In this document: piece by piece, positions 52,800 through 64,000 of the stretch
Position numbering within the stretch: the first letter of the stretch is position 1
Layout: every line of letters begins with the position of its first letter
NCBI RefSeq assembly: GCF_006345805.1
Contig: NC_042998.1
Span: 158,038,001 to 158,102,000 of the forward strand
From: Octopus sinensis
Taxonomy: Eukaryota
Direction of reading: 5' to 3'
DNA length: 64,000 bases
Notes under the pieces: generated by a model
What the model was told of the DNA's origin: nothing
The model's database searches: none
The model's input: only the letters and a program-made list of their open reading frames with translations
Position numbers and translations under genes: made by a program

Positions 52800-53990
52800 C
52801 ATAAGGAGTCTTTAATCTCTAACCCTGACCTGCAATGTACCTCTGAAACGGCCTACGAAAGGGAAGAGATGCCATTCTCGTTTCTTTGTATAGAAAAGGA
52901 GAACGCCCCAAAACATGTGTGTTATTAGCCAAATCTTTGCAAGTATACTTCTCAGTCGGTTGCTGGACCATGTTGCACCAGACATTCTTCCTGAGTCACA
53001 ATGTGCCTTTCCGCCAAATTGAGGTACTTCTGATATAATCTTTACAACCCGACAGATAGAAGAAAAGCGCAGAGAACAACTTGATGTGTACCAATGTTTT
53101 ATCGATCTTACTAAGGCCTCAGTCACTGAGCATAAGCCAACTTTTTGGTGTCTCCTTCACTGGGTATCTGGAAGTGTTCATGGAATTCGATTGATCTCTT
53201 CATGACAACATGAAAACATCGGTTTGTGTCAACAGTGAACTATTGGAACCCATCTCAGTATAATCTGGTATTAAACATGGTGATCTGTTGGCTCCTACAT
53301 TGTTCCTCATTTTTGCTATTGATATAGTGCTAGCCTTTGCGTACAACAATGCTGAAATCAACATCCGTTACCGGTTAAGAAGAAAACTTTTTAACATCTG
53401 TCCATCTTACTGCTGTGACAAAATCTTTCATGGCTCTCATTCGTAATTTCTTTTACAATTATGATTGCTATCTCGTAATCCACTCAGAGGAAAATCTGCA
53501 GCTCCTGATAAACTGCTTTACAGACACGTGTGATGAACTTAGATATACAAGAAACCTGTAGAAAACCATAGTTATGCTACAACCAGCACTAGGCTAGTCA
53601 TATATCCCATCATCAATATACGTGAAGGGTAAAAAAGTTAAAAGTAGAGACGTTTCTCTACCTTGGTAGAAGAGATCAGTTTCTAATTTTCTAAGGCCTG
53701 TAGTGTATTTGGGAAGTTGAATCGAGTCTCTGGTCACAATCGGACATCAAAGCCGCACCGAAAGTAGAAGTCTATCAAGGATGTGGATGTGGATCTTGGG
53801 CAACTTACCTCAAGAATATTCAACCTCATGGGCGATTTCCGCAGTGATACTTGCCTAAAATCCTGAAGAAATAACTCGGCATTGCAGGTATCAAATATAG
53901 ATGGCTCGGCCGCTACTCCTATGATTGATGTGAAATAATTTGTAAATCCCTTGAAGGCCTTAAGAGCCATGTGAGCCGTCATTGTGAATG
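52800..53990 (+). mobile_element. Decayed RTE LINE RT fragment
   Basis: DAILVSLYRKG, ILPESQCAF, IFTTRQIEEKRREQ, FIDLTKA and GIKHGDLLAPTLF remnants. Confidence 0.82.
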
Positions 53991-54109
53991 AGGAGACCAA
54001 AGCTAATATGTTTCTTAGAGAGAAATGGATCAAAGAAAAAGTTTTATTTGATCACAGGTTGAGTTCCATCATAGACGTATATACGTATGGGAGAGACGTA
54101 TATACGTAA

Positions 54110-54340
54110 GGCGGCGAGCTGGCAGAAACGTTAGCACGCCGGGTGAAATGCGTAGCCGTATTTGGTCTGTCGTTACGTTCCGAGTTCAAATTCCGCCGAG
54201 GTCGACTTTGCCTTTCATCCTTTCGGGGTCGATAAATTAAGTACCAGTTACGCACAGGGGTCGATCTAATCGACTTAATCTGTTTGTCTGCCCTTGTTTG
54301 TCCCCTCTGTGTTTAGCCCCTTGTGGGTAGTAAAGAAATA
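54110..54340 (+). mobile_element. tRNA-derived SINE, family 1 (near full length)
   Basis: Nearly identical to 18383-18610. Flanks carry duplicated tatacg(t/c)atgggagaga sequence. Confidence 0.88.
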
Positions 54341-57194
54341 TATACGCATGGGAGAGATAGCGCACTAAATCGACTTCAATATCGATGTTTTCTTTTATTG
54401 CCCTCCGAAAAATGAAAATTAAAGTATCAACTTAGGTTATATATAAACCCAGAACACCTGCTTTTGAATATTGTTATGATGATATTTGTTTCTTTTTACA
54501 TATAATGGAAGGCAGAAAGTGACACTTTTTGACTAACATTATCGACATTACATCTCTATGCTTACCGGGTAGTTTATTCAGTCATCAAAAACAGCTTTAC
54601 TCTTCGCTTTCTATTCTCCTTTAGATAGCATTCTAAATATGGATCCATAAATTATAAACTATTTTTACATTGTTCTTTACATAAGCTTCTTAAATTTCTT
54701 CTTCCTTTTATAAACTTCTGTCAACCAGTTCATATATTTAACGTATTCTCTTCTTTATATAACCTTTCAGTTGATTCATAAACTATACGTACTATTTTTA
54801 TTCTAATCTATTTCGCCTTCTAAAATACATTACCTTTCTATACTTCTCGAAATTTCTCTGACTACATTTATAGATTATAATTCATTTTTATATTTATACT
54901 CTAGTAAGGATGAGGGACAATATATTTTACCTTCTCATGCCATCAAAGATGAATCAGGCTAAGTTCTCTCAGTTTCTATCATCAGCGGCAAAATGTGTGA
55001 AAAAAGTAATTTCTGCTGTAAATGGAGGAAGCGTCTGTATTTAACATTTTATCAGTCCGTTTAGAAAGTCAAGTTAGAGGTGAAAACTTAATGGGACGCA
55101 AAAGTATTAGTCCCTCACTATATTAATTATAATGGCTCTAACTTGTCAACTTTTCATGCGAATATCGGCTGTGGGTAGCTTTTCCTCAGTTATTTTCTAT
55201 CGTTACGATGCCATTTGTACATATTACACAACTCTTTCTTCCATTAGATGTTGCTCTTTTCGTGCATTAATATAGTGAAAGATATACTTTTCTAATAAAG
55301 TCTAATAAGACTGAAAGATGTCTGCGCTTAAGACAATTAACGAAGTAATCACCCTTTCTTACAAAAATATTACTTACGTTATGTATTGCGTTCAATGTCG
55401 TCTTCTGTTAACTGCAAAAGTATCATTAAGTAATTGATGTTTCTCTCGCAAAATTATTTATGATGGTACTAACTAGACTGTAATTTTCCATGCGGATGAT
55501 GTCCCTCGGTAATTTCGCTTTCTTTCTGTAACAATCTATTATTGATCTTTTTATGAAAATCCTCCATTCATTTTCTCTCTCTCTCTCTCTCTCTCCTTTC
55601 CTTCCTCTTCGTTTTATATTTTCATTTTCTTCCTCTCCTTTTATATTTTTCCTTCTTTGATTTGTATTTCCTCAATTTTCTTCTCCGTTTCTTTCTATTC
55701 TCTTTTCTCCACTTTTCATTATTCTATGTCTTTTCCCCCATTTTTTGTTCTCATTCTTTAATTTGTCCTTCTTTTTTTCGCCCGAACACACATACACACA
55801 TTTACACACATATACGCATACAAACATTTACACACATACACACACATGTTTCAAAACTCATTGTTACTTTCCATCATTTACTTCTCATTCCTCACCACAC
55901 CCTCTCCATCCAGACAGTCATTTCTTCCATTAGATGTTGGTCTTTCGTTATGGTCGTCATTGTGGTTGTCATTACTTTTCTTTAACCCCTGGCCGAGCAG
56001 GTTTATGTTCAAAGACGTTCAAAGACATTTATGTTCTTTTATTTTTTCCAGACATATCTTCCTGTTTTTGATGATTGTAAGATGTGATCTGATGGAAGAA
56101 GAGTTCGATGAGTTACTTACTATTTCTTGTAGTTTGAGCCTCAACGTTTAGATTCCCTCGTTGAATACTTTCTTCACTAGTAGAAGAGAATAGATAAGTA
56201 GTTGTCGGCCAATTTAAATGACGTCAGTTTAAATCTAAAGCTTGTGTTTATGCTGTTGGACAGGTTAACTAACTCAGTGCATTAGACTTCACAGCTGTTT
56301 GCATTATCAAATCCACTAGAGTCATATTTAATTTACATGCCCACCTGGAAAGCAGCATCCAGGAAACCACTTTTGTGTATAAAATCTTACAAAATACATA
56401 GCATATTGGATTTAAAAGGCAAACATCTTTAAGCATATCTCTCCACATCCCTTACTTAACCAATATTAAATATAAAATGCCCGCGTGATTCTGTCAAGGC
56501 TTCTCCGTAACAATTCAAGCGAAGAAGGCAATCCGCCGCTACTACCAGCAACACTTCGGTTTCACATATATAACATTCCTAAAACCACTTCAGCCTCGAA
56601 CATTTGCTGACCCAAAACACATTGACATTCTGCTCTCGTATATGGGTTAGTGTAACTGCTACATACTGAAACACCCTAAATCATACACAAAAGAAACTTA
56701 CAATTCGCAAAATTTTCGCTATTACCACTGTGTCGTAGCCTCATGGATCTGCGTTATAGATTCTCTAGTGCTACTACGGCAAAAGTTCTTGAAGTCTTGA
56801 AACCGATTTTAGAGTACTGTATGTATATATAGGATGATGCTGTTGGTACAGATATAAACCTACCCCAAAGAAGTAATCTAGTTAATTGTTAAAACTCATA
56901 GGAAAACCTTATTTCTTCCACATTAACAATAATAGCCACTGCTATTTTAAATTAATCATATTCACGCCCCGCTTACCGATGTCTACCCAATGCGTTCATA
57001 TTTTCTTCTGTGGTGAACTCTAATATTTTTCATTTCCCAAAAAACTCACTAAAGATTTTGCTTCATTATTTCATCATAGAACTGTATTCCTCTTGAGTTC
57101 TCTTTCCGCCGAAGTTACTTTTTTGTGTGTTATCAACTACAGATATTCAAACGCAATTTCAATCAAGCTAATATTACAAAACTTAAAGGCAGAG

Positions 57195-57410
57195 AACCAG
57201 CAGAATCGTTAGTACACCGGGCAAAATGCTTAGCGGTGTATAGTCCGCCTTTACATTCTGAGTTCAAATTTCATGGAAGTCGACTTTATCTTTCATCCTT
57301 TCGGGGTCGATAAAATAATAACCAGTCGAGCACTGGGATCGATGCAATCGACTTAACTCTATCCCCACCGAAATTGCTGACCTTATGCTAAAATTTGAAA
57401 CCAATATTAT
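57195..57410 (+). mobile_element. tRNA-derived SINE, family 1 (diverged)
   Basis: cagaatcgttagtacaccgggcaaaatgcttagcgg...gagttcaaattt...tttcatcctttcggggtcgataaa. Confidence 0.75.
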
Positions 57411-58076
57411 GAAACTTAGAAGGCCTGCAAAAGTCATAGGTGCTGCCATTCCTTATCTAAGTAATTAACAAAATATTTTTCTTATATGCACATCACAAGT
57501 GCTTCGTTCGAAAATCTATTTAAAAATTTTTCGAATATCAATCACTAAACCGTAGACATTGCAAAAGCAATGAACAAAAAAATTGTTTCAAATTAATAAT
57601 ATTGACAAATCTTCAAAAGACTCGAACAAGAGAAAAAGTAAGTTTAATGTGAAAGTTAAAAAAGTAACACAGTATAGCAGCGGATCTTCTGTTTTCCTTT
57701 TCTTTTCTTTTTTGTATTTCATTTTATAACTAATAACATGACAATATTTAAAACAGACAAACAATGCGTAGACTCTTAAGTTATTTTTTTCTCGTAATTT
57801 TAAACAATACATTTGTTTTATATTTCATAAACAAATAATAACTGGACTAAACAGAACAAATAATAACTGCTATAAAAACTCCAGAAGAAATAATATAACA
57901 GACAAACATACTATTCATTAATCATAAAAACAGAGGGTTTACTGGTGTTTGCAACACTTAAAATAATAATACAAATTGTAGATATGTTAGGTTTAGTACA
58001 CAAAATGAAGAATAATTTATAGACTTTATTTATAGCCTTTGTAGATTTATATACAAAACCGAACATAAGTATTTAG

Positions 58077-58130
<54 letters not shown>

Positions 58131-58316
58131 GTGTGTGCGTATGTGTATACACACACAAAGAAATATACTCGCTCTCATGCATATACATAAACTTTAATAT
58201 GTGTGCATACGTTTAAGTATACTAATAGATTGCTTACATAAATACATACGTATATAAATGAAAGCAAATATATATACGTGTTTATCTGTACATATGTATG
58301 TTTGTACTATGTATGA

Positions 58317-58317
<1 letters not shown>

Positions 58318-58390
<73 letters not shown>
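58318..58390. repeat. (GATA)n microsatellite
   Basis: Direct inspection. Confidence 0.97.
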
Positions 58391-58392
<2 letters not shown>

Positions 58393-59523
58393 ATGAATAA
58401 TTTTATGTAGATATTGATACAAGCATATAGTAAAATCCCATTATACACTGAACTAGATATCCAACTACTGCCTCAAATCGGATCTAAAAAAATAAAGACT
58501 AGAAAAACACGAAGGTAAAATTTATTTTAAAGAGAATCGCAGTAAGTATATAAAATCAAAACCAGACGCACGGAATATATTAGTATATTAATATCTTCAA
58601 ACGCTCAGCTTCTAATCGAGTTTGGGTTTCTAACTTTAATCTTCTTAACATTGTAGGCACATAAAGTAAAACAAGCATATAAGTCTTCAACAACTAAAGC
58701 AACATGTGTTTGCCAAAAATGCAAATAACGCCATCTTCCTATTGCTGGTCAGTTGAAATACATTTCTGTACAAAACGCCAGTCGCCATGATTCTGCATTG
58801 CATTTAACTGAGAAGATATATTTATTTAATAGTTGTGGTAATTGCTGCAAAACAGCAACTAAGCTACAAAAGAAGGGGGGCATTTTTGCTATGCAGCGTT
58901 TTGATAAATGATGGTTAACCTCTCTTTACATTATCAATAAATATGCAATTTCACACTATATTTCGAAGCAGTGGCAGCTATAAATATAAGCAGATTTACT
59001 ATCTCACTTGTAAAATAATCGTGTCTAATTTGAAGGAAAAGGGATCGAAGATTACTTTAGTACCATTGGTAGCACTGCGCTGTGGGAAGTAAAAAGCTAA
59101 TATTTCTTGCGCCTCTTTTAGCACAAAGAAAACAGTGGTGATCACTTTAACATGTATTATGGCTGTTGGCCTTCCTTAAAAATTAAATACTTTCCACCCT
59201 TTTGTCCATCAACTGGTAAATAAATCAATCATAATCTAGTGCCAGAAATAACTGGACTAATTTTGATGTTGTGCATAATTCGGCAGTGTGATAAAATATT
59301 TTCATGCATAAACATTGTGTATAAAAACCTAAGATAAGTATTAGAAAAGTTGGATTTCAGTTTATAACGAGTACGTTTTAAGTCTTGCTTTGTGTTTTTT
59401 TTTTCGAACAGAGAAAAATAAAGGGTTTGCATTGACATATTTCACACGTGCTTGACAATTATTTAGACGATATGCATTTCACACCTTCTGTCCGTTTAAG
59501 TGTATATACATTCACGTTATATA

Positions 59524-59584
<61 letters not shown>

Positions 59585-59645
59585 TATATATAATATATAT
59601 ATATATATACATACAAACATACATGCATACATATATGTATATATA

Positions 59646-59683
<38 letters not shown>

Positions 59684-59913
59684 TATATATACATAAGATA
59701 TATATAGGGTAGCGGATATTCTTAGAAATTTCACCACCAGTGGCCTAGCATGTTTAAAATGTCAATAGACAACATATTCTCAATATAAAATAGTGTACAT
59801 TTAAACACAAGAGAAAACTATTAACAGGTAAATTTTACACGCTAGAAGAAGCACATTTAGGGGCAATTTCCGAAGGGAATGAAAAATAAAAACTTTTACC
59901 TTGTTATCTTTTG

Positions 59914-59984
59914 CGTTTATACCGAGGTTTCAGATTCCTTTAGCAAATAAAATAATTTGCTAGGCTAATCCTCATCAGTAACCG
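59914..59984 (-). ncRNA. Type I hammerhead ribozyme motif (core apparently intact)
   Basis: Minus strand: cggtta-CUGAUGA-GGAUU..[uagcaaau/auuugcua]..AAUCU-GAAA-CC-uc-GG-UA^-uaaacg. Confidence 0.7.
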
Positions 59985-60059
59985 TACCTTAACAACTAGC
60001 ATATAATATAGAGACAAATAACACGTGCCTCATCATTCCATGTTATAATTTTTCAAAAT

Positions 60060-60991
60060 TCACCGCGCAAGTGCAGTTTCAGACGATGGTGGGAGAAGGG
60101 CGAGGGAGAGGGTAGTAGGAGAGAAGAGAAGAAGTAGGAGTCGGAGCAATAGAGGAGAGGTTGGTGGGAGGAAGTAGGTGTGAGAGGGAGAGACGAGAGG
60201 GGAGGGGAGCTCATGTGGTGTAAAGGAGCGAAGAGAGAAAATTAATTCTGCTCACGTCGAAAATCGGAGTCCGGATGGCCCCTGTGCAAGGACAATCCGA
60301 ACACAGACAGGTGTTGCAAATAGTGACCAGTAGAGCGGAAATGGCGCGAGACCAGAGTGTCATTGCCGAGTCGGATGTCTCGGAGGTGTTCCGCGAACCG
60401 GTCAGGAAGAGGGTAGTGTTTGAGAGGTAAGGGCAAGTGTGACAGCGTGGGCGGGAGCAGAGGAACGATCCGGGTTGGGTAGAGAGAGTATTTGCATGGT
60501 TCACGGAATGTGTTCTGGCAAGGGTGATGTGGATAGTGGTGAGGTGATATCCACGTTGTATGAAGTGGCGAGCCATGAGTGAAAACTGAGTCTCAAAGTC
60601 ATGTTCGTCACTGCAGAGCCTGCGTAGACGGAGGAATTGGCAATAGGGGATGGAAAGCTTCGTGTGTTTAGAGTGGGAGGAGGAGAAGTTAAGGTATGAG
60701 TGTGAGTCTGTGTGTTTGTAGTGGATGGCGGTGGCGAGAGTGGAGTGATGAATGCTGACCGAGATGTCAAGAAAGGAGACAGTAGTGTCAGAGATAGTGC
60801 AGAAGAAATGGAGGGCATTTGACAAAAGAGTGGAAGTCTAGATGTTCGCGAGAGAGTGAGGTCGCACCGATACTGTCGTCAATATAATGGCCGTATAGTT
60901 CGGGAGTGGGACCAGTGAAACTTGAGAATATTTGGGCCTCAACATAGTTAACGAACAGGTTCGCATGGTTAGGGCCCATTCTCGTTCCCAT
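60060..60991 (-). mobile_element. Penelope-like element fragment (RT-thumb-GIY-YIG)
   Basis: MGTRMGPNHANLF...YIDD, VSFLDISV, YKHTDSHSYLNFSSSH, SIPYCQFLRLRRLCS, PRCHTCPY and DRFAEHLRDIR motifs. Confidence 0.9.
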
Positions 60992-61095
60992 GGGCTATAG
61001 ATATATTTAAATAACATGCCAGCGTTCCCTTCATCATACACGCAGTAATCACATTCGCTTAAAATGGCTTATTGATATGTTTTGTTTCCCTTTTT

Positions 61096-61182
61096 CTTCC
61101 TGATGAGAAGATCGCATTGTTTTACACCCTTTTATTCCCTCTGGAATAATACCAATGTTGTCTTCGAAACATATGTCGGAAG
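61096..61182 (+). ncRNA. Type I hammerhead ribozyme motif (canonical core)
   Basis: cuuc-CUGAUGA(61100-61106)-GAAGA..cauug..caaug..UCUUC-GAAA(61166-61169)-C-AUAU-G-UC^(61177)-ggaag. Confidence 0.78.
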
Positions 61183-61375
61183 TATAAAGATTTGAATAAC
61201 ACCTGCATTTAACTACATTTCTATATATATTTCACTAAACCCTGGAATTTCTAGCTTTATAAGTAGGCTGTAGCATCCATGGTATTTAGGTGAAATTTTT
61301 GCTACCCTGGTAACTATATATCTTTTCCGTGTTATTTGCACACATTGAAAAAAAACACATGCACATATACATACG

Positions 61376-61475
<100 letters not shown>

Positions 61476-61663
61476 CTGAAATAGAGATGCAATTATAGAT
61501 CCTCCCTTGTTATTCTTGCTCTCAGTGAGTGATTGGTCCCTTGGAGATCTTTAATGAATGACGCTATATTTCTATCAATTACAATAATAAATTAATTAAA
61601 TTATATACATTTTGCTTGTGGTTATGCATCTGTGTTTCATCAAGTGGGTATGTCAGTTGTTGC

Positions 61664-61739
<76 letters not shown>

Positions 61740-62105
61740 ATATGTATGACTAATTTATTCACTTAAATATAAGTGCTTGTGTATTGATGTGTTTATGACC
61801 GAGTATGGCGGCAACTAACATGCAAAGGCACAATTTCAGGGCACGTTTTTAACATATGACGCCAATATACGCATATGAGTGTCGTTCTCTGTATATCAGG
61901 GAGAGAGGAAGAGGAGGAGAAAGATTGAGAGACAATGTGTGAATGTTTATCTGTGTGTGTGCGTACAAGTTAAATTACGGTTTACTGTAATAAGCATTTA
62001 AGGAAATCAATATCTCCTGTTGGACTCTCGCCAATAGAAAATACATTTCCTGCTTGCTTGAAGTCTTTCAAAGAATACCAATTGGCATATTGTCAATAGT
62101 TATTA

Positions 62106-62160
<55 letters not shown>

Positions 62161-62214
62161 CATTATTATTATTATTATTATATCATCATCATCATCATCA
62201 TCATTCATTCATTA

Positions 62215-62440
62215 TTGCAACAGCAGTGAAGTGGTTGAATTGTTAAAACGTCGGGTAAAATGCTTTGCAGTATTTGTTCCGACATTTTACATTCAAAGTT
62301 TAAGTACCATCAAGCTCAATTTTGCCCTTTGTTCTCCCGGGGCTGATAAAAGAAAGTACCAGTCCAGACAAGTACTTGAGTCGATTTAAGCGATTAATAG
62401 TTCCCCTAAAAAGGATTAGTATTGTGCCAAAATTTGAAAC
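62215..62440 (+). mobile_element. tRNA-derived SINE, family 1-related (diverged)
   Basis: gtggttgaattgttaaaacgtcgggtaaaatgc...tcaattttgccctt...gtaccagt...gtgccaaaatttgaaac. Confidence 0.6.
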
Positions 62441-62814
62441 AGAGTTCGATTCTCTGTAGAGGTTTGCTGGCCACTTTTTCTCCACCTTCTAATGGGGATT
62501 TACCCGACTTCATAAGCTGTATTCCCAGCCTTCCTGCGTTCGAGAATTCCTTTATTTTATGTAGTATACTGACTCATTCGGCGCTTATAAGTTTGTCTAC
62601 AAAATGGTCTTCAAAAGCTATTATTTAGCATTATAAATAGATGATTTTGGCTCTCAGGGATCTTTTAGCTTAACGGTACAGAGTTCTCAGTACAGTAGGA
62701 ATCTCTGCAGAGGATTGCTGGCCGTAAATCCACCTCTTGCCCGTCTTCTAAAATGTGTTTAGCCGATTTTCTGTCTTCACAGCCATTCTGCATTCGATTT
62801 TTTCAGTAGAATAT

Positions 62815-62950
62815 TCTTCTTCTTCTTCTTCTTCTTCTTCTTTCTTCTTCTTCTTCTTCTTCTTCTTCTTCTTCTTCTTCTTCTTCTTCTTCTTCTAATT
62901 ATTATTATTATTATCATTATTATTATTATTATTATCACCATCATCATTAT
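62815..62950. repeat. Compound (TTC)n-(TTA)n microsatellite
   Basis: Same arrangement as 3235-3430, at the 3' end of an RLE LINE. Confidence 0.95.
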
Positions 62951-63760
62951 TATACATACTAAACAGATTAGACATTTGGAAAAGAAAAATCCTAAAATCG
63001 TGCTACAACAAGGAACCTTAGATGCCAAGTACCCTGCTAAGTATCCAAGCTGTCCCTAATAACACTGTTTTCTGGAGTTGTACGAGAGTGGGATTTATGT
63101 CTATTTCCTCTATCCATCTGTTCAGATCTTTAGGGATAGTTTCGTGTGCACCTATAACTACTGGGATGCATTTAACCCGCACTTCCCATAGTCTCTGTAA
63201 TTCAATAGCTAGGTCGTGGTACTTTGCTATTTTTTCTATGCTTCTCGTATTAATGTCTTTATAATTTGTCTCTATTATCTGGCACTTTTTATTCTCTTTA
63301 TCTACTACAACCAAATCATGCCTTCTAGCTTCTATTGCTCTAGCTTCTATTGCTCTGTCAGTCTGAATTTTGAAGTCCCACAACATCTTATATTTCTTAC
63401 TTTCTAGCAATTTACTTGGTTCGTGTTCATACCATTGTTCAGTATGTTTAAATCCTAACTTTCTACATAGCTCCCAGTGGATCACTCTCACTAGATTGTC
63501 ATGTCTTTTCTTGCATTCTTTCTGTGCCAGCTGCTGCATTCACTTACTATGTAACACTTTCCTCTTTTGATTTGCATAATCTACATTGGGAATCTACTTG
63601 GTTTTTGTCTATCTTAGCTTTTATCCAATTAGTCCTTAATGCTTGATCTTGTGCAGCTACTAACAAACTTCCCATCTTCAGTACTTCACTCTCCACTACT
63701 TATTTGGTTATAAAATCTCCACTGGTGTGTCTCAAATAATCTATTCTGTTGATTCTGATC
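62950..63760 (-). mobile_element. R4/Dong-clade LINE 3' fragment (CCHC + RLE)
   Basis: AAQDQALRTNWIK..IDK...CRLC, RHDNLVRVIHWELC, LWDFKIQTD, EKIAKYHDLAIEL and LQKTVLLGTA motifs. Confidence 0.87.
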
Positions 63761-64000
63761 TATTCTTTTCTGATATATGGAGAGCTTGCCTGCTACTGTT
63801 ATGATATATTGTTTCAACTTGAATAAGTGGTTTCACATGAATGGGAATAAATTAAAAATAAAATTAGCGTGCAGAAATGGAATAGTCCAGATGGATAATA
63901 AAAAATTAAATTAAAGAAAAGACTATTGTCTATAAAGTATACAATGTAGAGAAAAAAGATTTGAACACCTGGAGGAAAGCACCATCGAAAAGTGTCTTGG

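Noticed and set aside
56050-56151. Phase-2-compatible + strand acceptor reading HIFLFLMIVRCDLMEEEF...*
   Set aside because: No hydrolase motifs and an early stop; not credible as ABHD8 exon 4.

Overview
AT-rich, microsatellite-dense animal genomic DNA. The SINE, LINE and microsatellite make-up looks like an octopus (coleoid cephalopod); this is inferred, not proven. The one well-supported host gene is an ABHD8-like alpha/beta-hydrolase on the + strand. Its three coding exons (11166-11508, 14886-15219, 19961-20128) splice in frame through canonical GT-AG sites. I could not find the remaining exons, so 20129-64000 is probably one very large intron. The rest is nested, mostly decayed mobile DNA: R4/Dong-clade RLE LINEs beside (TAA)n/(GAA)n tracts, RTE LINEs, a Gypsy LTR element inserted inside a LINE (5-bp TSD CTTAC), two Tc1 remnants, Helentron-like elements, tRNA-derived SINEs and Penelope-like element (PLE) fragments. 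The most notable unexplained structure is a set of type I hammerhead ribozyme motifs in PLE tails and short retrozyme-like units, often next to (TA)n tracts. Two have apparently intact catalytic cores (61096-61182 +, 59914-59984 -). There is also a ~440-bp-arm inverted duplication with a 30-bp direct repeat, about 500 bp downstream of exon 3. Most ORFs in the supplied track are microsatellite or antisense-TE artefacts.
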